This document shows, piece by piece, positions 26,321-42,000 of a DNA stretch of 64,000 nt. The position numbers and the translations under genes were made by a program. The stretch spans positions 124,988 through 188,987 of the forward strand of contig NIVC01002259.1 of NCBI GenBank assembly GCA_002269645.1. The letters are read 5' to 3'. Each line of letters starts with the position of its first letter. The first letter of the stretch is position 1. The DNA is from Macrostomum lignano (taxonomy: Eukaryota). The notes beneath the pieces were generated by a model. That model was given only the letters and a program-made list of their open reading frames with translations, did no database searches and was not told the origin of the DNA.

Positions 26321-28932
26321 GACTAAAACCCAAGAAAATGTTAAAATGTTCAACCCATGAAAGCAGTTAAAATTATACAGTAAAAGTGAATACTTGCGTT
26401 TTTACATTATACTTAGGTCTCTGCCTGTCCCTCGTGAACATTTAGCCTCACCTGCAGCATTACGGCACTGTTATAATTGCCAGTGAATAAGGCAAGCACT
26501 GTAAATTTGTCACTTATAGATACATCTGGCTATGTTGTGAGTTCTTTCTCTTTATTATGAGCTATTGTTTATATGGGAACATAATAAATTGGATAAAGAG
26601 TATTGATGCATCAATAGCAGTTTCTGGTGTTAAAGCTACTAATAACATTTTACTTACACTATTGTGTTTTATGGCTATTGTGATTTCAATAGAATTATAT
26701 ACAATATCTGTCATATCTATATCTATATGTTACTGTTTAGGCTCTGTGCTGCAGAGGATACACTCATAGAGACCCGCTTGCACCCGCTAACCTCCCCATG
26801 AGATCTGCTATGTAGAATTGAAGCTTTTTCACACCCTTTTATATTATGTTGACTGTGGTCTTTTTTCAATCGTTGTTGTGCGTTTTTCTTTCTTCAATCT
26901 GTCAGTTCTAAAAGCAGCAAAGTTTTGGGGATTACTGTTTTTAATGTTTGTTTTCTGCCTTTTTGTTTTTTGAAGCCTGATTTAAAAAAGTTGATATACT
27001 GTGAATTTTGTCGCTTCTCTAAGTCGGCTCGTGTGCAGTGAACTCCGTTGTTTAGTTTACTATATAAACATTTTTGTGAGCACTAATATCCATTGATGTA
27101 ATTGCCTTAATGATTGCCTGAGTAAGTTGTTGGCTTGTGTGCCTACATTTGTTTATTAATCATGTCTTGTAAATTAACGTTTGGGGTTAAAAACACAATT
27201 TTAACTATTCATTGACTTATATATTAGTAATAGTTCATTGAATGTATCATTGAAGTTCATTAATATTATGTACAGCAATAAATTTAGCAATCTGTCACTT
27301 CAGCTAATATTAATATTAAGTGCGTTTGGCTGGCGGTAGCAACGGCTGCTGTAAGATTTTGATAATCTTTTTATGGGCTTGTTTTCTTTCAGAAATTGTA
27401 GTTATTGTGCACATGGTGTCCGATAACAAAGATGACAATGAGGACAAATCATTGTCTATAAATGCAAATAATTGTCTAAAAGTGAGATAACATTCGTTCT
27501 ACACTACTCTATTGCGGATCAGAAAAAGTGACATTCAAGAGATTAAAATATTTTTAAATTTTAGGGCAGCAAAATTTATCATTAGAAAATAGGTGCAAAG
27601 TATTAGTTACTTCGCACACGGTTGTCAGTAGTGTTTCGGCATATTTCATAATTCCGCCTTGGTGCTTTCAAATTTGCTGCAATTTCTTGTTGATTGTAGT
27701 TGAAAACGGAAGGCTACGTAGCTACTGTTAAGTAACATCCCTGTAGAGCAGTAAAATGACTACAAAAGTCTAGAGATTGAATGCTTCCGGAAAATTGTTC
27801 ATAAAAACAAATCTTTTTTGTACAAAAGTAATAGTACTCTAAAAATAACAAAAAAGTTGGTAACTTGCAGATTTATAAAAATAATAATAAAAAAAATTAA
27901 CTTAAACTTATTTTACGCAAAAACTTATTGCTATACCACATGTTTGGTCTCCATTTTACAAATCGGTTTCATTTATGTGTAATTAAATTGTGCACTGTAG
28001 GACTCATCCTAGATGCAGTGATTTTTTAAATTATTAGCTAAGAAACATGTAAAACACCAAAGTAAAATTTCAAAGTGATTAACTTAAAGATAAACTGATT
28101 CCTTTATTTTCTATAGTATGTCGGTTCAAGTTACTTATGCTTTATTTAACCTATTTCTCTGCTCTGGTGTCGCACTGTCGCAGTCACAACTGAAAATAAT
28201 GTTTTTGTAACTAAGATAAAATTTTTATTTGTATAATTAAGCTAAAAAGCCTTCTAAAATGTTGTATATATAGTATTTTTATCCCAATAACGTCTTAATA
28301 CAAGTATTCTATAATAAAGAACTACTAGACTAGACTTTATAACGAAGTGTTCCTAGTGGTCCTTGTATATAATATCTTCATTCAAATATTGCTTTTAAAT
28401 TAGCTATTTCAATTTTATTACCGCTAATCAGTACAAGCAAAAACTGAAGATAAAAGTAATGGCTCAAAATTACATATATCGGGTCATATGTTTTTCTATG
28501 TTATTTTTCCACATTTTGCAATTTGCATTTTTAGCTACAAAACAAATAAATACATACACATTTTGGTTATTAATTGACGAAAACAATATAGATAAACCCA
28601 GATATTGAACGATTGATGATGATGATTTCATGGCTAATCATATCAATACAACCCTACATTTATGTATGTCATAACTAATTTTGGCTCAGAATAATTAATT
28701 AAGCTTTTTATTGTAATATAATCTAAACATGAAATTAAAAATTCAATCAAAAAATATCTTTTAAGACTTATGTTTACTGATTTAAAAAAATTATATTACT
28801 AGTGAAATCTGCCTGCAATAACTGATTAGACCTCAATTTTTTATACAGAATTTTTAGAATAATAAAAGCTTAAAATATCAGCAGACTGAGCAGGAGAAAT
28901 GTAAGAGTTTCTTCCAATGTTTCAGCGCCAGC

Positions 28933-32427
<3,495 letters not shown>

Positions 32428-32856
32428 CCTGACTAGAAACTGCAGGTATTAGAATTAAAAAAGAACGCTACATATGCAGTACGCAGAAATAACTCACATC
32501 GTCTCACATTTTATTAATTAATCAACTGTACTAGACTAGGCGCTTGTGTAGCTGATACTTTTATCAAGACAGCTTTGCAAATAACGACCTTAAATCATTT
32601 TTTCTATTACAATATTTTTCTACAAAATATTCGAAAACTACAAAAGCATATTTCTTTCCAGTATATAGATCTTCCAATAATTTTATGTGCGTTTGTTTTT
32701 AAAGCGATACTGGCTACTAAATATAAGTACAGACTAAGCACGCTTATTAGATTTTTTAATTTGCCATCTGGAATGGTGAAATTTTTACTTATGCTCCAGG
32801 GTTGTTAATGTAATTTTTATAGTTAATAATTAACTGGCATCTGTCTCCTGTTACTA

Positions 32857-33331
32857 ACACAGATACTAAAATAGCTGGATGGGTCACTCAGGCATTTATA
32901 CTTAGCAAAACAGCTTTCTACTTTCAGTTCAGTAGCAAAGAAGAATACATAAGCTATTTTATAAAATAGGCAGCTGAAATGACTTTGATAAGTTTAGAAG
33001 CCCAAGCTCGCAGGCGTAAACAACTTGCTAATTGGTTCAGCAGTAATGTACATTGGCCAGTCCACTGAAATGTACATGGCAGCTTTAGGCTGGAATTCCG
33101 AGAAAGGCAATAAAAATTGGGGCTGGGCGGGGAGTAGTGTGGAAAGGCGAGGTTGGAGGGTTTCAGCTGGAGGGTAATACATGTAAATGAATGGGTAATA
33201 AAAGAGCCAATAAATGAGCCTTGGCTTTAAAAATACAGTAAAATGTTTTTGTTTAACTTACTACTGAACTGAAAGTAGCTTACACGCAAATGTACTGAGT
33301 GGCCCATCTCTAGTAATTCTAGTATCTGTGG
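32857..33331 (+). mobile_element. MITE family M (about 35-bp TIR CCACAGATACTAGAATAACTAGATGGGCCACTCAG, 6-bp TSD), copy a
   Basis: TSD TTACTA at 32851-32856 and 33332-33337; body shared with four other copies. Confidence 0.88.
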
Positions 33332-33399
33332 TTACTAAATACGTTTTATCGCAAATCTAGTTACTTATAGTAGGCTGGTATGCAAGGTTATCAATGGGC

Positions 33400-33615
33400 A
33401 GAGCAGTTTGCTGGGGCCACGACCCCTGGTTCGATTCCGTGTGTGGCCACATTCATCTGGGGGCTTGTGCACGAAAATTGGCTTCACACCCATGAGGACA
33501 TCCCCCATGGCACAGAATGTACATGCCTGACGATTAGAAAGTCAAAGGGCCGCTGTACACCCTGTGTGAGCGTGTGTATGAGTGCGTACTACATCTGACT
33601 TTGGCACACTCTCAA
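33400..33615 (+). mobile_element. tRNA-derived SINE, family B
   Basis: B box GGTTCGATTCC, GGGCTTGTGCACGAAAATT and GGGCCGCTGTACACCCTGTGTGAGCGTG, the last also at 53520-53560 (reverse) and 61510-61545. Confidence 0.6.
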
Positions 33616-33863
33616 AAGACCAGTTGAAACTTGAATCAAATTACCAGTTATAGATTTCGCAATGCCAATCTGCTCAAATATTTGTCAGCAGGTTGCGGAA
33701 AGCAGGTAAACTTGTTCCTTCCTCTAAAAATGTTCCTTCCACTAACGTGTTCTTGGATAATATTATTAATGATAGGCCAAACTTACGCTTTTAAAAGCAA
33801 ACAAGCAAGTTACTAATTCGGTAATATGAGTACAAGTCATGCGCTAGAATGCTAATGCCGGCC

Positions 33864-34388
33864 TCAGTTCTGCCAGTTGGACAGCTGCAACTCTGCGGCA
33901 AAGAACTCCGCCTCAGCCTCCTGTTTCGACTGTCGTTCGCTGGTGCGCCTCGCCGCCTCGCCGCTGCTCGTCGCTTCGCCGCCGCCTTCGCCGCGGCCGG
34001 CCTCGACGTCCCCGGAGCAGCCGACAGTTGGCGTCGAGCTGGCGCTGGTCTGGCCTCCATCGCTGGCGCCCAGCATCAGCTGCCTGATCAGCTGTTTCTG
34101 CTGGCGCAGCTTCTTCTTCAAGTTCTCCTTCAGCACCAGCAGCTTGAGCTTCTCGTCGAACAGCAGATCCTCCATACCGTCGCCGTTGCCTGCTCCGCCG
34201 CAGCCGCGGCCGTCCCCAGCCGACTCGGCGTCATCCGCCGCCGCCGCGGCCGCTCGGGACTTGGACGACTCTTTTTTTGCTCGGCGAGAGAACAGCAGCC
34301 GTTGAAGCAGTTTGGTTGCCACGGAACCGGCCGCGCAGCCGGCAGCAAGCAGGCCGCCGCCGACAGCAACTATCATCCAGTCAAGCAT
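33864..34388 (-). CDS. Single-exon 174-aa protein with an N-terminal hydrophobic anchor and a short coiled coil
   Basis: ATG at 34388 preceded by a TTTCAG acceptor at 34408; MLDWMIVAVGGGLLAAGCAAGSV hydrophobic segment, then EDLLFDEKLKLLVLKENLKKKLRQQKQLIRQL; GC-rich coding-like composition. Confidence 0.7.
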   Translation of the reverse strand: MLDWMIVAVGGGLLAAGCAAGSVATKLLQRLLFSRRAKKESSKSRAAAAAADDAESAGDGRGCGGAGNGDGMEDLLFDEKLKLLVLKENLKKKLRQQKQLIRQLMLGASDGGQTSASSTPTVGCSGDVEAGRGEGGGEATSSGEAARRTSERQSKQEAEAEFFAAELQLSNWQN

Positions 34389-34764
34389 TGGCCTAGCTAG
34401 TTGGCCACTGAAATTCTTTTTTTAGTTACTTTACGAGTAGTAGTTATTCTTTAGTTATACGGTAGAATTGGCTGAGAGAATCTACTCATAGGCTATCAAA
34501 TTACCGTTTGAGGAATCAGCAAAATAAAATAGACCACAGCCAATATTCAGTTGTCTATGGTAAACGTTTCTCCTATGATTCAGAATTCATAAAAATTGTC
34601 TATGGCTTTTTATTCAAGTGTATTTATAAAAGTACGCGAGCTGTCATGCTTGAGTGTTTTTAGACTGTTGCTATTTATAGAAGGTTTTGATGCGCATCTG
34701 TTTTTAATACAAAAGTCTATGGCTTAAACCCACTAAAGGTTCATATTACCTCCTTGTAGCTCTA

Positions 34765-35340
34765 ACAGTCTGCAGGAGTGGGTCACTGACTTGCCAGTCT
34801 ACAGTCAGTCTGCAGGAGTGGGTCACTGACTTATCACTCTACAGTCTGCGGGGGTGGGTCATTGACTTATTACTCTACAGTCTGCAGGGGTGGGTCACTG
34901 ACTTATCACTCTACAGTCTGCAGGGGTGGGTCACTGACTTATCACTCTACAGTCTGCGGGAGTGGGTCACTGACTTATCACTCTACAGTCTGCGGGAGTG
35001 GGTCATTGACTTATCACTCTACAGTCTGCGGGGGTGGGTCACTGACTTATCACTCTACAGTCTGCGGGGGTGGGTCACTGACTTATCACTCTACAGTCTG
35101 CGGGGGTGGGTCACTGACTTATAACTCTACAGTCTGCGGGAGTGGGTCATTGACTTATCACTCTACAGTCTGCGGGGTGGGTCACTGACTTATCACTCTA
35201 CAGTCTGCGGGGGTGGGTCACTGACTTATAACTCTACAGTCTGCGGGAGTGGGTCACTGACTTATAACTCTACAGTCTGCGGGAGTGGGTCACTGATTTA
35301 TCACTCTACAGTCTGCAGGAGTGGGTCACTGACTTGTCAG
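34765..35340. repeat. 36-bp minisatellite (TCACTGACTTATCACTCTACAGTCTGCGGGGGTGGG)n
   Basis: Direct reading. Confidence 0.96.
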
Positions 35341-35926
35341 TCTCGAAAAAACCAAAAGCATTGAAAATGCATCCCCTGTGGCCTTTCAATTCTCTGCATC
35401 GCAGACTCACGCATTCACTGGGATTGTAAAGTGCTTGAGACTACTCAGAATTCCATGCCCCCTCCACACTGTGTACTCCCGTCTCCATAGCAACGAACGT
35501 AATCAGCTACGGTGGGCATGCAGAGTCAACTGGCCGCTGAATGCAATCAAACTGCAGTCCAGTTGGGATTTGAGTTGTTGGATGCGCTCTCTGTTATCCT
35601 TTGTCCTGGCAGCGGACCATGGCAACCGGACCAAGTCAGAGTCAGGCGGACAAGATCTGCTAAATATTTAATCGCTTTAGAGTCGCCCAATGGAGAGCAT
35701 TAATAATTTAATTGGGACCGCAACTTCCAGGTGAGCAATAAACTCTCCCCTGCTCTCAGCCCATAAAATCCCCACGCTCGAAGGATCAGCGCTCACGTCT
35801 TAAACACCGAGTTGACTTCAACTCCGAAGTTCATCACTTGCCTTCCGAACATTCTCAAAGCCTTAACAACAGACTCTGCGAAAAAGGCGGCAGACTCGAG
35901 CCATGACAGCTCATAAATCAGCTCAG

Positions 35927-38914
35927 ATGCGTGCGAGCTGCCGTCTGCTTGTGCTGCTCCTGGCTGTACACTGTGAGTCCGCCATCATTTCTGCTTTTTT
36001 CTCACTGAAGACAAACAGCCTTTCTCGATGGAAGCATCCATTGAGACTAAATTATGCTTCATCAACTGTCTTTATTATCACTAATTCGTAGGCGCGGTGA
36101 CCTCAACCGCCGCGAGCGCCGATGGCAAAGTGTGCATCAACAAGCCGGGCAGCGTCGGCGGCGCTCTGGTGTTCCCCGTGGACAGCCTGACCTCCTCGCT
36201 GCAGTCCTGCTTCCAGGACATTCGCAAGTGCGCCTCTACCAAGTTCAGCGTCTGCCTGCAGCTGCGGCTGGACAAGATTGAAGCAAATGGATGCGGCAAA
36301 GTGTTCACCACCGGGGGTGAGGCCTGCTGCATCGCTGATGCTGGGGGGACTGGAGACTCTCAGTGGGACTGGGTGGACTCTCAGTGAGACTGGGTGGACT
36401 CTCAGTTGGACTGGGTGGATTCTCAGTTGGACTGGGTGGATTCTCAGTGGGACTGTGTCACTGGGTGGACTCTCAGTGGGACTGTGTCACTGGGTGGATT
36501 CTCAGTGGGACTGTGTCACTGGGTGGACTCTCAGTGGGACTGTGTCACTGGGTGGACTCTCAGTGGGACTGTGTCACTGGGTGGACTCTCAGTGGGACTG
36601 GGTGGATTCTCAGTGGGACTGTGTCACTGGGTGGACTCTCAGTTGGACTGGGTGGATTCTCAGTTGGACTGGGTGGATTCTCAGTGGGACTGTGTCACTG
36701 GGTGGACTCTCAGTGGGACTGTGTCACTGGGTGGATTCTCAGTGGGACTGTGTCACTGGGTGGACTCTCAGTGGGACTGTGTCACTGGGTGGACTCTCAG
36801 TGGGACTGTGTCACTGGGTGGACTCTCAGTGGTATTGGGTGGACTCTCAGTGGAGTGGGACTGGGTGGACTCTCAGTGGGACTGGGTGGACTCTCAGTGG
36901 GACTGGGTGGACTCTCAGTCAGGCTGGGTGGACTCTTAGTGGGACTGAGTGGACTCTCAGTGGGACTGGGTGGTCTCTCAGTGGGACTCAGTGGACTCTC
37001 AGTGGGACTGGGTGGTCTCTCAGTGGGACTGGGTGGACTCTTAGTGGGACTGGGTGGACTCTCACTGGGACTGGGTGGACTCTCAGTCGGACAGGGTGGA
37101 CTCTTTGTGAGACACTTGACCTCTTGAGGAAAGTGAAACGATCGATTAACATTCATCCGAATCCGCAGGCGACACGCCCTACGCGTTCGGTTCCTACCTG
37201 GAATTCCTGGGCCAGCGGAAGTTCGTGTTCGGTGTCTATGGCACAGACTTCACCGGGGCCAGCGTGCGCTGGGAGGCCGCGTTTGAGATCTCGAAGAGCA
37301 GCCTGCCAGTCACGGTGAGCTTCAGTTTATTCCAACCCGAACCCGAATTCCAACCCGAACCCGAATTCCAACCTGAACCCGAATTCCAATCCGGACCCGA
37401 ATTTCAATCCGAATTAACCAGAACCCTAACCCGAATTCCAATCCTAATCCGAATTCTAATCCGAATCCGAATTCCAACCCGAACCCAAATTCCAACCCGA
37501 ACCCGAATTCCAATCCGAACCCGAATTCCAACCCGAACTCGAATTCCAACCCGAACCCGAATTCCAATCCGAACCCGAATTCCAACCCGAACCCGAATTC
37601 CAACCCGAACTCGAATTCCAACCCGAACCCGAATTCCAATCCGAACCCAAATTCCAACCCGAACCCGAATTCCAACCCGAACTCGAATTCCAACCCGAAC
37701 CCGAATTCCAATCCGAACCCGAATTCCAACCCGAACCCGAATTCCAACCCGAACTCGAATTCCAACCCGAACCCGAACTCCAATCCAATTCGAAATCGAA
37801 CCCCGGCCCCGCAGCTGTGCGGCACCTGGGAGGACAGGTCCGGCCTGATACTCTACGTCGACGGAATGCGAGCCATCATCAAGCAGAACGGGGTGCAGAA
37901 GTACATGGACCGGTACTTCCTGAACGCGATCATCCCATTCCAAGAGACCATGGTGTTCTGCCGCGGCAAGTCGGGCATTTCGCCAGACGATTCGGGCATC
38001 TCGAATGTCTGCGTCCAGGAGGCCGTGTGGGACTCGGACACGATCACTAGTGAGCACTTTCCCAGTTGAAGTGTTCCGGTTTCAGCTCAGGAATGCAAAC
38101 TGATAACTCGATTTAGACTAAAGCGTTTTTTGCAAATTTATTTAACTTGTTACATGGACATCGAGATATTCAACGACGAGATATTCTGCAGAATTTTTAG
38201 TTTAAACTTCCAGAGCTTCAGGGCCAACACCACCTTAAGGACCTCAAAGATCTTTAAGATCCTCGGGACATCAAAGCCTTCAGGAACCTCAGGACGGTCA
38301 ATACCTTCAGGACCCTCAGGAACCTCAGGGCGGTTAATACCTTCAAGATCCTCAGGAACCTCAGGGCGGTCAATACCTTCAGGACCCTCAGGAACCTCGG
38401 GGCGGTCAATATCTTCAGGACCCTCAGGAACCTCGGGCGGTCAATACCTTCAGGACCCTCAGGAACCTTGGGGCGGTCAATATCTTCAGGACCCTCAGGA
38501 ACCTCGGGGTGGTCAGTACCTTCATGACCCTCAGGAACCTCGGGGCGGTCAATACCTTCAGGACCCTCAGGAACCTCAGGATGGTCAATGAGTTCAGGAC
38601 CTTCAGGAACCTCGGGGCGGTCAATAACTTCAGGACCCCCAGGAACCTCAGGATGGTCAATAAGTTCAGGACCTTCAGGAACCTCGGGGCGGTCAATAAC
38701 TTCAGGACCCTCAGAATTCTCAGTATTGCTCTCGAACATTGCAGACATGCCGCTGTCCTACGCCGATCTTGGCTGCACCGAGTCTTCCACTGTGTCGCCA
38801 AAGTACACAGTCAGCTCCAATCTGATCACCAGCACTCAGGACCGGTACCAGATGGACTGCTTTGAAAACTGCGGCTACTTCAGGTACAGATGAGAGACAG
38901 AGAGAGAGGAGAGA

Positions 38915-38979
<65 letters not shown>

Positions 38980-38989
38980 GAGAGAGAGA

Positions 38990-39042
<53 letters not shown>

Positions 39043-42000
39043 GAGAGTTGAGAGAGGGGGAGAGACTAGAGGTGAGTTGAGAGAGACTTTCTAGATCTGA
39101 ATTAAGTATAGGTTCGTTATCTGAAAAATCCCATATACTAAAAATGAAAATCTTGCTTGCTTGTAATCGATTAGAGAAAAAATGGCTTAACCAATTTTCA
39201 TGAGACTTGCACTGTTCGATCAGAAATTTTCCCGTGACGGTACATGTGTCTTGGCTAAGAAATTGCTCGATGCTAAAGGCATTAAATACTCGAAAAACAT
39301 GCTTTTTTGCAAAGGTCAAGCAAACTTTTCGACTTGAAATGCATTGTAAGAATGCTAGAAAAAATTGACTGGTTGAATTCTGATTCTGAAATAGATTGCA
39401 TCATAACTCCAACGCATCACTGCATCATAGATTGCATTGTAACTCCAACTTGAATTGCGTCACAGTATTGAAAATGCAGTGTGGAAGCATAGCACCAGAC
39501 TTGATTTAGATTGCGTAACCATATTCTCAACTTTAATTGAGACTGATACTGACTTGCCTGGGAAATTGATTATGTCATAACTGCTTCGTGTGTGAGTGTT
39601 TAATTATATAAGTGCTACAATTTCATTTATAAATTCGATAATAGCTAGCCTATATGTGAACAGACTGGACTGCAAATGCAGCGACCTGGGTTTGAATCTT
39701 AGTAGTGAAAAGTTTTTTATTAAAGGAAAAATAAAGGACAAAAGGCGTCATGTAAAAAAGCATGGAAGCGTCATGTAAAAAAGCATAGAAGCGTCATGTA
39801 AAAAAGCATAGAAGCGTCATGTAAAAAAGCATAGAAGCGTCATGTAAAAAATCGTCATGTAAAAAATCATAGAAGCGTCAAGTAAACAATCATAGAAGCG
39901 TCATGTAAAAAGCATAGAAGCGTCGTGTAAAAAATCATAGAGCGTCATGTAAAAATCATAGAAGCGTCATGTAAAAAATCATAGAAGCGTCATGTAAAAA
40001 ATCATAGGAGCGTCATGTAAAAAATCATATTAGCGTCATGTAAACAATCATAGAAGCGTCATGTAAAAAATCATAGAAGCGTCATGTAAAAAATCATAGA
40101 AGCGTCATTAAAAAATCATAGAAGCCTCATTTAAAAACTAATGAAAGTGTCATTTAAAAAATTAAGAAGCATCATGGTAGAATAAAAGAAGCGTCATGTC
40201 AGACATGAAGGATGTCATGTAAAAATTAAATGCAGTTATAATGCTGTGCTGGGGAGAAAAACTGAGACGTCAAGGCTCTCAGAGAATAACTGAGATTACG
40301 GGGGGTGGGTTTCTGAGATGTCAAAGCAAAAGTCAGAAGCTACTTCAAAGTTCATGTACTTTACTCAATTTTTTTTATTGCATTCTTTGTTGGCTCGCCA
40401 CGGGGGGCGCTGATAGAAGAAGAGTCATGTAAAAAATAAAAGTAGCACTATGTATACATAAAAGAAAAGTCATGTCGAAGTTAAAAGATTCATTTGGGAA
40501 TTGCTACGATGTCAAAGCTTGGTGGAAATCGTTATAGTGCTGTGATTCTTAAAGAAGGAATCACTAAAATCTCAAGGCTTAGGGGAGAAGAATTGCTGAG
40601 ATTTCAAGGCTTTAGGTTGGTTTAAAGTTAGGTTTAGGTCAGGTGTGGGTTGAGGGTTATATTTTATCGGGTTTCAAGGTTAACAGGGGATGTTTTAGAT
40701 TTCAAGGTTTATGGGGGCCATCGCTGACATGTCAAGGCTTACGGGGGGAATAGCTGAGATGTCAAGGCTCACGAGGGTATAAATGAGATTTCAAGGCTAA
40801 AGTCAGAAGCTACATGTAGTTTATTGAAAACTTTTTATTACATTATTTGATGCCTCCTCAGGGGAGGGATCGCTGATAAAAAAGCGTAATGTAAAAAATC
40901 AAAGAAGCTTCATGTCGAAGTTAAGAGATTCATTTGGGAATCCCTACGATGTCAAGGCTTGCAGGGAATCGCTATAATGCTGTAGTAGTGCTATAATGAC
41001 TCTTAGAGAGAATTACTGAAATTTCAATGCTTTAGGGTTGGGTTAGGGTTAGGGTTAGGGTTAGGCTAGGGTTAGGCTAGGGTTAGGCTAGGGTTAATGT
41101 TAGAAGGTTGACAGATATTTTTAGATTTCCAAGGCTTATTGGGGGCATTGCTGAGATGTCAAGGGGGGAAGTTGATATGTTAAAGCTTGTGGGGGGGAAT
41201 TACTGACATGTCAAGGCTTACAAGGTTTGACAGGAGATTTTTTAAGATTTCAAGGATACATGTAGCTTATTAAAAAAACGTGTATTGCATTTCTTTGGCT
41301 CCCCAACGGGGGGCGTAGATTGCTAGTCCATATACTAAAAATGGTCTGTCGGTATGTGTGTGTGTGTGTATGTGTGTGTGTGTGATCGATTTTAGCAAAA
41401 ATGGCTCAACCGATTTTGTTCAAACTTGCACCATTCGATCAGAAATTTTTCCGTGACGGTACATGCATCGTGGCTAAGAAATTGCTCGATGCTAAAGGGA
41501 TTAAATATTCGAAAAACATGCTTTTTTGCAAAGGTCAAGCAGCTATTTCGACTTGAAACGCACTGTAAAAATGCTAGAGAAAAAACTGACTGGTTGAATT
41601 CTGATTCTGAAATAGATTGCATCACAATACACTTTATTTATCGTCTGTGTACTGGCTGAATTTGACACTCAATTGAATTGCGTCACAGCTTTGAGTGTGA
41701 AAGTATAGTGCAGTACTGAATTTATATTACGTAACCATATTGTTAGCTTTCATAGACACTGGTACTGACTTGCCTAAGAAATTGATTATGTCATAACTGC
41801 TTCGCGTGACTTTTTACTCTACCTGACTTGGTGTGAGTGTTGAATTATATAAGTGGTACAAATTCACTGATAACTTCGATGAGAGCTAGCCTAGACCTAG
41901 CCTAAAAATTACTGCACCAGACTGCTAATGCAGCGACCTGGGTTCGAATCTAAGTAGTTTAAAAGTAGTAGTGTAAAATTTTTTATTAAAAGCTTTTATT

